64,000 nt of DNA from Escherichia coli (GTDB lineage Bacteria; Pseudomonadota; Gammaproteobacteria; Enterobacterales; Enterobacteriaceae): the NCBI RefSeq assembly GCF_046105845.1, contig NZ_CP151004.1; one strand, written 5' to 3'. The translations under genes and the position numbers were made by a program. Each line of letters starts with the position of its first letter. Positions within the stretch are counted from its first letter, which is position 1. Shown piece by piece: positions 23,057 to 33,469 of the stretch. The notes under the pieces are model-generated. The model had not been told where the DNA came from. It worked only from the letters and a program-made list of their open reading frames with translations, and made no database searches.

Positions 23057-23305
23057 ATGGGCATTCTGTCATGGATTATTTTTGGGCTTATTGCCGGTAT
23101 TCTGGCGAAGTGGATCATGCCAGGTAAAGATGGTGGTGGATTCTTTATGACTATCCTGCTGGGGATAGTCGGTGCCGTAGTCGGCGGATGGATCAGCACG
23201 CTGTTTGGCTTTGGTAAAGTCGATGGCTTCAATTTTGGCAGCTTCGTGGTTGCCGTTATTGGCGCGATTGTCGTGCTGTTTATCTACAGAAAGATTAAAA
23301 GTTAA
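23057..23305 (+). CDS. yeaQ: GlsB/YeaQ/YmgE-family small membrane protein
   Basis: 82-aa glycine-rich two-TM ORF (MGILSWIIFGLIAGILAKWIMPGK). Confidence 0.85.
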   Translation: MGILSWIIFGLIAGILAKWIMPGKDGGGFFMTILLGIVGAVVGGWISTLFGFGKVDGFNFGSFVVAVIGAIVVLFIYRKIKS

Positions 23306-23317
23306 CGCGTAAATTGC

Positions 23318-23350
23318 ACAAAGGCTGCACACAGGCAGCCTTTGCTATTT
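23318..23350. terminator. Hairpin terminator between yeaQ and yoaJ
   Basis: AAAGGCTGC-ACAC-AGGCAGCCTTT stem-loop followed by a T-rich tract, directly after the yeaQ stop. Confidence 0.4.
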
Positions 23351-23363
23351 TCTAGATGTGACG

Positions 23364-23438
23364 TTACCACCATCCCAGCTCAGTGCCGAGTACGACAATA
23401 ATCGCCACACCCATCATAATAATCGTTGTTTTTTTCAT
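23364..23438 (-). CDS. yoaJ: Small membrane protein (24 aa)
   Basis: Not in ORF track; minus-strand ATG translates MKKTTIIMMGVAIIVVLGTELGWW, matching remembered YoaJ. Confidence 0.6.
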   Translation of the reverse strand: MKKTTIIMMGVAIIVVLGTELGWW

Positions 23439-23440
23439 CT

Positions 23441-23539
23441 TTATGCTCCCGGGGCAGCATAGCCGCCAATAAAAAACCATGCTAAAAATACGACCGCTGT
23501 AATAAAGATTACAACCGGAAAAATAATACCGATTCGCAT
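23441..23539 (-). CDS. yoaK: Small membrane protein (32 aa)
   Basis: Not in ORF track; minus-strand ATG translates MRIGIIFPVVIFITAVVFLAWFFIGGYAAPGA; stop abuts the yoaJ start. Confidence 0.6.
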   Translation of the reverse strand: MRIGIIFPVVIFITAVVFLAWFFIGGYAAPGA

Positions 23540-23571
23540 GTTATCACCAATCAAAAGGATGTGAATACGCC

Positions 23572-24597
23572 TCAGGAATGTAGCGCTGGATGCGCGACAA
23601 AAGGTGTTTTCTGTTTGTGTTTTTTCTCCTGATACATCGCGATATCGGCAGCATGCAGGGCACTGTCTGCATCGGTCGTTTCAGGATCGACTTCTACTAT
23701 GCCAAGACTGGCACCGGGATAATACAAATCAACATCACCTAAGTGATATTCTCCACGTATTTGCTGCTGAATACGTTCTCGCAGAGACGAAATATCCGCA
23801 TTCTCGTTGTTCAGTGAAACAACCAAAAACTCATCACCGCCGAGACGACCAATAACTTCGCCATTTTGCTGGAGCGTATTAAGGCGCTCGCCAACCTGAA
23901 TGAGGAACAAATCACCACTATTATGACCAAAACGATCGTTGATTAATTTGAAGTTATCCAGATCGATAAACGCGATCATTATCTTATGGTTAAGATGTCG
24001 GGCGAGAGAAAACAGCGTCGTCAGGTTTTCAAAAATCGCCCGCCGATTCGGTAGCCCGGTTAACGAGTCGGTATACGATTGCGCAATCAGCGCAGCATTG
24101 GCTTCGCGCAGCTGTTCAACCAGTGCTTCTTTTTGAATATATTGTGCAATCAGTCCGGCGAATAACTGCAAAACCTGTTCCGCGCGTTCACTCCACTGGC
24201 GCTTCTCACTGCTGGCGGCGCAAAGCGTGCCATAGAATGATCCATCCGGTAAGTGAATTGGCGTGCTCAGAAATGTGGTGATGCCAAGATTGCGTGCCGC
24301 AATACAGTCGCCCCAACGGTCGGGGACTTCATCGCTGAAAAAGCAGTTTTCATCAATGGCGCGTTTGCATAACGAGTAATCCCACGAGACGGTAAAATTC
24401 TCCGGGATGTGCATTTTCTGGCTGTTACGGGCAAACATTATATGCTGCAGGCGCGCTTCGACATCCACTTTGGTCAGGTAGGTTGATTCCATATCAGTGA
24501 CCATTTCCAGCATCTCCAGAAGCTGTCGGACCAGACTTTCCAGTGACTGTTCTTTGGCAAGGGATTGCGAGACGCGGGCGATAATCTGATCTGACAC
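23572..24597 (-). CDS. dgcP: Diguanylate cyclase (GAF-GGDEF)
   Basis: Track ORF 23572..24726; start moved to in-frame GTG (SDQIIARVSQ) giving 341 aa; intact GGDEF (RLGGDEFLV). Confidence 0.85.
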   Translation of the reverse strand: MSDQIIARVSQSLAKEQSLESLVRQLLEMLEMVTDMESTYLTKVDVEARLQHIMFARNSQKMHIPENFTVSWDYSLCKRAIDENCFFSDEVPDRWGDCIAARNLGITTFLSTPIHLPDGSFYGTLCAASSEKRQWSERAEQVLQLFAGLIAQYIQKEALVEQLREANAALIAQSYTDSLTGLPNRRAIFENLTTLFSLARHLNHKIMIAFIDLDNFKLINDRFGHNSGDLFLIQVGERLNTLQQNGEVIGRLGGDEFLVVSLNNENADISSLRERIQQQIRGEYHLGDVDLYYPGASLGIVEVDPETTDADSALHAADIAMYQEKKHKQKTPFVAHPALHS

Positions 24598-24779
24598 GAA
24601 ACAACTCCAGGATACGGCGGGTAAATGCTGATTATTTAATCTTTGCAGGCATGATAAAACATCATCAACAAAGATGAAACAAGGCGTAATATGATTTGAG
24701 TGAATGTAATAAAAATAGTGCTGCAAAACAAAACGATACCGCGATACTCTAAGTCTGGATAAATATGTGAGATCAATAA

Positions 24780-25034
24780 ATGAAAATTATCAGTTTTGTT
24801 CTGCCTTGCTTGCTGGTCCTGGCTGGTTGTTCAACCCCTTCTCAGCCAGAAGCACCCAAACCGCCGCAGATTGGTATGGCAAATCCGGCGTCGGTCTATT
24901 GCCAGCAGAAGGGCGGGACGCTCATTCCAGTGCAGACAGCGCAAGGGGTCAGCAACAATTGCAAATTACCGGGCGGTGAAACGATTGATGAATGGGCATT
25001 GTGGCGACGGGACCATCCGGCTGGTGAAAAATAA
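24780..25034 (+). CDS. yoaF: DUF333-family lipoprotein
   Basis: 84-aa ORF with lipobox LVLAGCS. Confidence 0.85.
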   Translation: MKIISFVLPCLLVLAGCSTPSQPEAPKPPQIGMANPASVYCQQKGGTLIPVQTAQGVSNNCKLPGGETIDEWALWRRDHPAGEK

Positions 25035-25055
25035 CCGCCGGATGCCGTACTAAAA

Positions 25056-25403
25056 TCACAAGCTACGTAGCCAGTCGGCCAGCACCAGCGCATGGTTCTG
25101 CGTGGTGTTTTTTGCTGAGTAGAGCAGGGTCAGCGGCTGTTTTTTGGCGATGTCCGCCAGCCGCTTTCCTTCTTGCTCGTGTTGCGCCAGTTCTGCAAGA
25201 TATTGCTCGCGAAAGGTTGCAAAATCGACGACTTCGCCGTGAAAGGCTTTGCGCAGTTCCGTTGACGGCGTGATTTCTTTATCCCACTCATCAAGGGCTA
25301 AATCGGTTTTTTTGATACCACGCGGCCAGAGGCGGTCGACCAGTACGCGATAACCATCGCTCTGTTCTGCCGGATCATAAACGCGTTTGCACTGAATATT
25401 CAT
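25056..25403 (-). CDS. yeaO: DUF488-family protein
   Basis: Track ORF 25056..25424; start moved to Met8 (MNIQCKRVYD) giving 115 aa. Confidence 0.85.
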   Translation of the reverse strand: MNIQCKRVYDPAEQSDGYRVLVDRLWPRGIKKTDLALDEWDKEITPSTELRKAFHGEVVDFATFREQYLAELAQHEQEGKRLADIAKKQPLTLLYSAKNTTQNHALVLADWLRSL

Positions 25404-25457
25404 CGTGTTTGTTCTCCCTTCCACGCATGATTGGTAACGTCACTATAGCACCGGATA

Positions 25458-26639
25458 TTAGCGAATTTCTTTGTCTCTCCCGGCGCAAAGTCCGAAAATC
25501 GCCATCAGTAGTGAAAGTATGGCAACACCCATCAGTGGTATGGACCAGTCACCGTTAGTATCGTGTATTTTACCCATCAGCGGCGGCCCACAGGCTGCCA
25601 GCAAATACCCGACGGATTGTGCCATCCCCGAGAGTGCCGCCGCCTGATGCGCAGAACTTGCCCGAAGACCAATGAACGTCAACCCCAGTATCATTGTTGC
25701 GCCGGAACCAAAACCGAAAAGCAGAGTCCAGGTGATCGCGTGCGCTGGCATAAAGCAGAGCCCAACCGCGCCCACTGCGCACATCAAGGCAACGAACGCT
25801 GCAATACCACGCTGATCTTTCACATGATGTAAGAAAAGTGGGATCAGCAAACCGGGAGCTGCTGTGGCTAGTTGCAGCAAACCATGCAGTGAACCCGCCT
25901 GTGCTTCGCTATAGCCGTGACTGATGAGGATCGCCGGAAGCCAGCCAATAATCACGTAATAGACCAGTGAGTTGATCCCAAGAAACAATGTTACCTGCCA
26001 GGCAAGCGGAGAACGCCAGATACCCCGAGTATGTAAGGCGCGTGAGGTACTCAAATTTGCATGTTGTTGACTTCGCCACTGTGGCAGCCATAAAAAAAGA
26101 GCCAGCAGAGGAAAACACATCAGCATGAGCAACGCGCCTTGCCAGCCAAAACCGTTCAAAGCCAGCGGCACGACCATAGCCGATCCCAGTGCCGCTGCAG
26201 CTCCCATTGTCAGGGAATATGCGCCGGTAAGTCTGGCGACGGAATGAGGGAAATCGCGTTTAATTAATCCTGGCAGTAAGACATTGCCTAATGCAATCCC
26301 ACCGCCAATGACCGCTGTACCGCCAAATAAGAAGTAAGGCGAAGGGAGAGAGCGAATTGCGATGCCAGCACAGATCAAAAGTAACGCGGCAAACAGGCTA
26401 CGTTCCATACCAAAACGTCGCGCCACCGGGGCAGCCAGAGGTGAGATTAGCGCAAAGGCTAATAATGGCAGGGTGGTCAATAAGCCGGTTTGCGCCGTCG
26501 TCAGCGAGTAAGCGGAACGAATCGTATCCAGTAACGGTGCTGCGCCGGTAAAGGTGACGCGTAATGTTGTGGCAATCATTAAAATGCCAGCGATAAGGAC
26601 AATCCTGTTTTTGCCGCTTAATGAAGTTGAACAGGTCAT
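25458..26639 (-). CDS. yeaN: MFS transporter
   Basis: 393-aa 12-TM-like ORF. Confidence 0.85.
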   Translation of the reverse strand: MTCSTSLSGKNRIVLIAGILMIATTLRVTFTGAAPLLDTIRSAYSLTTAQTGLLTTLPLLAFALISPLAAPVARRFGMERSLFAALLLICAGIAIRSLPSPYFLFGGTAVIGGGIALGNVLLPGLIKRDFPHSVARLTGAYSLTMGAAAALGSAMVVPLALNGFGWQGALLMLMCFPLLALFLWLPQWRSQQHANLSTSRALHTRGIWRSPLAWQVTLFLGINSLVYYVIIGWLPAILISHGYSEAQAGSLHGLLQLATAAPGLLIPLFLHHVKDQRGIAAFVALMCAVGAVGLCFMPAHAITWTLLFGFGSGATMILGLTFIGLRASSAHQAAALSGMAQSVGYLLAACGPPLMGKIHDTNGDWSIPLMGVAILSLLMAIFGLCAGRDKEIR

Positions 26640-26735
26640 ATGCTTCTCATTGTTACAAACGAGGCTGTACCTTACCGTTTTTATTGTTATGTTGAATCAA
26701 GCTAAAATGACAAATTATCGCTAAATTCGGACAAA

Positions 26736-27557
26736 ATGATGCACAGGTTGAATCTCAATGGCTATGAACCCGACCGACACCATGAAGCCGCGGTCGCATT
26801 TTGTATTCACGCCGGAACGGATGAGTTAACCAGTCCTGTACATCAGCACCGCAAAGGACAGCTGATACTGGCGCTACATGGTGCAATTACCTGTACGGTG
26901 GAAAATGCTTTGTGGATGGTGCCACCGCAATATGCGGTTTGGATACCGGGAGGGGTGGAACATAGCAATCAAGTGACAGCTAACGCTGAACTCTGTTTTC
27001 TGTTTATCGAACCCAGCGCAGTGACAATGCCGACAACCTGTTGCACATTGAAAATATCGCCCTTATGCCGGGAATTAATTTTAACCCTGGCAAACAGGAC
27101 GTCGACTCAGCGTGCTGAGCCGATGACCCGCAGATTAATTCAGGTCCTGTTTGATGAACTCCCTCAGCAGCCACAACAACAGCTGCACCTACCCGTTTCT
27201 TCTCATCCTAAAATTCGCGCGATGGTGGAGATGATGGCGAAAGAGCCCGTCGAGTGGGGGTCATTGGGGCAATGGGCTCGCTTTTTTGCGATGAGTGAAC
27301 GCAATCTTGCCCGACTGATAGTGAAAGAGACGGGGTTGAGTTTTCGCCAGTGGCGTCAGCAGTTACAGCTGATTATGGCGCTTCAGGGATTAGTGAAAGG
27401 CGATACTGTACAGAAAGTTGCTCATACGCTGGGGTATGATTCAACAACGGCCTTTATTACTATGTTTAAGAAAGGCCTGGGGCAAACGCCAGGCCGATAT
27501 ATTGCGGGATTAACTACTGTTTCCCCACAATCAGCGAAACCAGACCCGCGGCAATAA
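26736..27557 (+). CDS. yeaM: AraC-family transcriptional regulator with N-terminal cupin domain
   Basis: 273-aa ORF; C-terminal AraC-type HTH region. Confidence 0.85.
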
Positions 27558-27960
27558 GCGGGCCAACCGGTACGCCGCGAAACAGCGCCACGCCCAAAAC
27601 AGTGCCCACCAGCAGCCCGGCGACCAGTTGCGGCTGGCTGCCCATTAACGTCACGCCGCGCCCACCTAGCCAGGAGACAATAACGCCTACTGCAATTGCC
27701 ACCAGCGATTTCCAGTTCAGAAACGAGTGAATCAGGGTTGAGGGCGGTAGCGTCCCGCTGGCGATGGGGGCCATAACGCCAATCGTCAGAATGATTATCC
27801 CGATACTTAGCCCCTGTTTTTCAATCCACGGGAAAAAGGTGCTTAACGGTGTGACGCGGACAATGATTAACACCAGAATTGAAACGGCGACAGTGGTGTT
27901 ATGACTGATAAAGCCCAGCGCAGCTAACCCGAGCAGGATCAGCAAAGTGACATCAAACAT
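27514..27960 (-). CDS. yeaL: DUF441-family membrane protein
   Basis: 148-aa hydrophobic ORF; 3' end overlaps the yeaM 3' end by 44 nt. Confidence 0.85.
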
Positions 27961-28129
27961 CGTGGTTTCCTTGCCAAAAAATAATAAGCCTGCTTACTTT
28001 ACGCTTGCTGCAGGAAGGAAGTAGATAATCTTTACGTTTTTTGCATAAAAAATCAGGCGAACTGTCATCAAACTGCCATTTGCGCACGCTAACAATAACG
28101 TGAAAACAGCTATCTCCCGGGGGCATACT

Positions 28130-28234
28130 ATGAACGATCAAATGTTCGTCGAGACACTGATTATCACGTCATCGTTTTTTGCCATTGCTGTTGTGCTGGT
28201 TTTGTCCGTTCTTCTTATCGAACGGACAGGCTAG
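28130..28234 (+). CDS. yoaI: Small membrane protein (34 aa)
   Basis: Not in ORF track; translates [34 protein letters not shown]; its TAG stop directly abuts the yeaK stop on the opposite strand. Confidence 0.6.
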   Translation: MNDQMFVETLIITSSFFAIAVVLVLSVLLIERTG

Positions 28235-28738
28235 TTACGCAGTGCGGCGGAAATTGACCAGTTCTGGTTGCGCAATGCGCAAATAATCCGCGGTTTTCAA
28301 AATAACGGATTTATCCAGCATGCCTGCATTGAAGGCGATTTCATCAAATCGTTCGAAGAGTAGGGGATCGGCAACCAGTTTGAGTTTTGGATGGAAGCTG
28401 AAAGGGGGGATCGCGCCGAAGACACAGCCTGTGAGTTCATCGACTTCCGCCGGGCTGGCCAACGAAGCGCGTAATCCGCCTATATGGCTGGCGAGTTGGC
28501 TCAGATCGGCCTGTTGATCGGCCGCGAGGATCGCCAGAACATGTTGATTTACACCATTGCCTTTGACTTTACATACCAGTGCCTTAGCCCCCTGGCCTAA
28601 AGCGGTGCCACGAATTTCTGACACCGCTTCACATTTACCTACCGCTTCATGGGTAACGACGCGGAAGTCAGCACCTTCTTGTGATAATAAAGCGATTAAC
28701 CGCTGATGCGTCACGCTTCCTTTAGCCATTTCAGTCAT
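28235..28738 (-). CDS. yeaK: YbaK/ProX-family aminoacyl-tRNA deacylase
   Basis: 167-aa ORF. Confidence 0.85.
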   Translation of the reverse strand: MTEMAKGSVTHQRLIALLSQEGADFRVVTHEAVGKCEAVSEIRGTALGQGAKALVCKVKGNGVNQHVLAILAADQQADLSQLASHIGGLRASLASPAEVDELTGCVFGAIPPFSFHPKLKLVADPLLFERFDEIAFNAGMLDKSVILKTADYLRIAQPELVNFRRTA

Positions 28739-28780
28739 TTCATGCTCCTGAGATTACAAGCAAACAACCACAGAAGATTA

Positions 28781-30271
28781 TCATGAACGGCTGTTTTTGT
28801 TCTGCTTATTGACATATAAACGCTCATCGGAAGCTTTATACGCATCATGTAACGTATCGTTTTCTTTCATCGCGTAAATACCGGAAGAGAAGCCGATCTC
28901 TTTCTGCGGCGCGATATGTTGCAGACGTTTTTCGATACGTTCAGGCAGTTGTGCTGCAATTTGCGGCGTCGAATCGACAAGAATGATGCAGAATTCATCG
29001 CCACCGAGTCGGATGGCATAATCACTTTTACGAATCGATTGTTTAATCGCCTGAGCTAATAACGTAATCGCTAAATCCCCCTCCTGATGACCAAGGGTGT
29101 CATTTATTTGCTTTAACTTGTCCATGTCAATTGCAATAAACATCACCGAAGAACCGGATTGCACCAGTTTTTGCAACCGCTGCTCCAGTTCAGGGGTTAA
29201 AATTTTGCGATTATACAGTCCTGTCATCGCATCACTAATATTTTCTCGCGACACATTTTGGTATAAACGGAAGTGCATCCGCACCATATTCAGCAAAATT
29301 AACGCCGTCAAAATCCAGAACAGAACGCTTTTCCACGAAGACGTGATAAAGTAAAGAATATCAATGGATAACGAGACACGAATGCCGCCCGGTAAGTCAT
29401 GGACGTAACTGACATACTGGAACAGATTATCTTCGCTCTGGTTGATGATAATGTCGCGCCCCGAATCGGTATCGGTTAGCGTGACATTGAGAAAACGCCA
29501 GAGGAGAGGGCGATCATGAGTGTAAAAGATATTCCGCAGATTGTTTTTGTTAATATCCAGCAGCACAATCCCTTTTAGCTGCCCTGCGACATATACCGGC
29601 GTCAGCAAACTCATCACGTTCTGTTTAGTACGCTGATCCTGGTAAATGCTCGATAAAACGGTACGCCCGGTAAATACCTTTTCAATATCTTTGCGATCGA
29701 TGCCAATACTTCCTGACTGCAGGAAAGACCAGTTATTCATCGCAAAGTACTCAACATTAACCGGCTCATAAAAATAGACATAGCGGTCATTGAGATCGAG
29801 ATAATAGTGAAATTTCTCTTCGGCCATCCCAAGACCTGAACCGTAATCATCCTGGTGGCGGTTGCCTTCCACTGCCTGATCAAAAGCGGGTAATAGTGCT
29901 GCAGCTTCCACAATTGTGTCGCAGTCAGTGGATGCGGTTTGTAGTGTGCCGCGTAAGCCAGGGTATTTATGGGCAGTCAGGTTTAAGCCATGGGTATTAT
30001 TGGCAGACTCAAAAGCCTCGCAGATGGCGCGCCGCTGTTCTGGCGACACTTCCGACTGCTCAGCAGCGAGAGCGCGCATCACATGCGCGGCAATACTCTG
30101 ATTCTGATACTTATCATAAAGAAAGGAGGAGTCAGCTCTCTGCACGATATAGCGCAGATAGGCACTCATTGCTCTGTCGCTGGCGACAAGTTCAAAAATA
30201 AGGAAGGAAGATGTCAGCACAATGACACTTGCGGCGATAAAATGCCGGAGCATTCTATGGTGCAATTTCAT
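28781..30271 (-). CDS. dgcJ: Membrane-anchored diguanylate cyclase
   Basis: Track ORF 28781..30451; start moved to Met61 (MKLHHRMLRHF) giving 496 aa; GGDEF intact (RLGGDEFCI). Confidence 0.85.
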   Translation of the reverse strand: MKLHHRMLRHFIAASVIVLTSSFLIFELVASDRAMSAYLRYIVQRADSSFLYDKYQNQSIAAHVMRALAAEQSEVSPEQRRAICEAFESANNTHGLNLTAHKYPGLRGTLQTASTDCDTIVEAAALLPAFDQAVEGNRHQDDYGSGLGMAEEKFHYYLDLNDRYVYFYEPVNVEYFAMNNWSFLQSGSIGIDRKDIEKVFTGRTVLSSIYQDQRTKQNVMSLLTPVYVAGQLKGIVLLDINKNNLRNIFYTHDRPLLWRFLNVTLTDTDSGRDIIINQSEDNLFQYVSYVHDLPGGIRVSLSIDILYFITSSWKSVLFWILTALILLNMVRMHFRLYQNVSRENISDAMTGLYNRKILTPELEQRLQKLVQSGSSVMFIAIDMDKLKQINDTLGHQEGDLAITLLAQAIKQSIRKSDYAIRLGGDEFCIILVDSTPQIAAQLPERIEKRLQHIAPQKEIGFSSGIYAMKENDTLHDAYKASDERLYVNKQNKNSRS

Positions 30272-30451
30272 GATAAATGGCACTCCTTCGGTTAGTGAAA
30301 CGAGAAAACCAGATAAAGTTCGATTGCGGCCTGGCACAGGGGCGCTAATTATACTCATCTCTGCGCCGCTGGGGAGGGGAAATTTAGGGGTAATAGTAAT
30401 AAATTGTATGCAAAAGCCACGCAAAAAGCATGGCTCTGAATATTTTTGCAC

Positions 30452-31927
30452 TTAAATATGATGAATAATCACTTTGTTGCCCCCCTCGCTTTTCGCTTCG
30501 CGTAAGGCTTTATCTGCTTCCGTCATGACAAGCGAGATATTACGTGTGTCACCCGTTGAAAAAACCGTGCCAATACTGATGGTCATTTGCTCAGGAACAT
30601 CATATCTGTTACTAAAGCCGGTCAGGAGTTCGACATTTTTACGCATACGATCCGCAATGATTTTTGCCTGGGCACTATTGAGTTCGGTAAATAGCAAGCC
30701 AAACACCTCACCCTCCAGTCGCGCTAAAATATCATCGGGGCGGATGCTTTGCTGGATAATATCGACAATTGATACCAGCACTTTATCACCCACACGATGT
30801 CCCCATTGGGCATTGATGCGTTTGAACTGATTAATATCAACCAGCATGACACAAAAGTCCTTAACAACAGGTCGCGACAATAATGACTCTACGCTGTTGA
30901 AAAAGTAGCGCCGATTATAAATATTGGTCAGTACATCATGAACTGCCAGTTTGCTGGAGAGTTGCAGTTCCTGAAAAATGTTATAAATCAGAAAAGACAC
31001 AACAAACAGTTTACTGGAGACTTCAATCCCGCGACTGATATACCAGATGGTGTAATTATACTCATCCAGAGTTAGTAGAAGTAAGTTGCAGCATAGCGAT
31101 GCCAGACATAATAATGCTATTAACGGCCATAGTTCGCTGGCTAATCGTGTACGCATGATAATAAAGAACAGTAAAAATGCCCACAGACAAACCAATATTT
31201 TTGTATAGTTGATTCCCCAGGTCGCAGTATGGTTGTCCGGACAGTAATCGACGACATACAAAGAATAGTCAGCGTTATAACTGCTCAGATTGTGTGCCAG
31301 AAGGGGAAAAACTAAAAAAGGAATCAGCGCCAGTAACAGAATGCCAGTTTTTTTCTTATTGTTGTCAAGGATGTTGTCTTTCCCATAACAAAAGAGCGCC
31401 AGCGAGGTTAAACAAATGAAACTTAGTTGGCGGAAAATATAGAAAATAGAAACATCATTCGACTTTGTCTGGATCAGTGTACTGCCGTTGATTGGTTTAT
31501 GGATAATTACAATGGTTTCAACTAAATAGATAAGGCCACTTAAAAATGCAAGGCTTAAAATGAGTGTTGGTAAAATTTGTTTGTTAGTGAAATACTTCAT
31601 TAACATGAAAAGAAAAATGACGGCGTTAAGGAAAAACAAAGCCACAACAACCATCAGGTAATTCATCTGTGGGATGAGTTTTACATTCGTGTTTTCGTTA
31701 TATAAGGTAGTAATGCAAAATAAAATTAACGTCAGCAATAAGCTGAAAATAAAAAAGCCTTGAGCTTTTAATTTTTGTGTACCCATAGAAGCCATAAAAA
31801 GGAGAGCAATGTGAGTGCTGGATTTTATTGATGGCAGAGATATATAGTTTTGACCAGGATCAATTTTCGTTAACGATAAAAAATATTTAAAGAATAACCC
31901 CAGGGAAACACGTGTTGACCGAATCAT
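30452..31927 (-). CDS. cdgI: Degenerate GGDEF-domain membrane protein (probable c-di-GMP binding protein)
   Basis: 491-aa ORF (yeaI); multi-TM N-terminus; GGDEF position reads EGEVF. Confidence 0.85.
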   Translation of the reverse strand: MIRSTRVSLGLFFKYFLSLTKIDPGQNYISLPSIKSSTHIALLFMASMGTQKLKAQGFFIFSLLLTLILFCITTLYNENTNVKLIPQMNYLMVVVALFFLNAVIFLFMLMKYFTNKQILPTLILSLAFLSGLIYLVETIVIIHKPINGSTLIQTKSNDVSIFYIFRQLSFICLTSLALFCYGKDNILDNNKKKTGILLLALIPFLVFPLLAHNLSSYNADYSLYVVDYCPDNHTATWGINYTKILVCLWAFLLFFIIMRTRLASELWPLIALLCLASLCCNLLLLTLDEYNYTIWYISRGIEVSSKLFVVSFLIYNIFQELQLSSKLAVHDVLTNIYNRRYFFNSVESLLSRPVVKDFCVMLVDINQFKRINAQWGHRVGDKVLVSIVDIIQQSIRPDDILARLEGEVFGLLFTELNSAQAKIIADRMRKNVELLTGFSNRYDVPEQMTISIGTVFSTGDTRNISLVMTEADKALREAKSEGGNKVIIHHI

Positions 31928-32029
31928 TTTTCCGAATGATTGTTTTCTGGAACTAAATTGTGTAAAGGTTATGCTGTCATATTTAAAGCGATTGTAAGCT
32001 AACGTATGTAATAAATGAGATAATTTACA

Positions 32030-32070
32030 GTGAGCTAAAAATCAGCCAGGCGATAATGACCCGGCTGATA
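32030..32070 (-). terminator. Candidate terminator hairpin downstream of yeaH
   Basis: Imperfect inverted repeat TCAGCCAGG...CCCGGCTGA just past the yeaH stop with a T-rich tract on the minus strand; coordinates approximate. Confidence 0.35.
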
Positions 32071-32073
32071 GTT

Positions 32074-33369
<1,296 letters not shown>

Positions 33370-33469
33370 CTACATTTGCCAACTGTATGCTACGCCTGTG
33401 TTGCCGCTTCTCTGGCCCACGGTTCGCTGTCGTTGTAGGCCCGGTAGCATGTGTACCGGGCCAGGGTTG

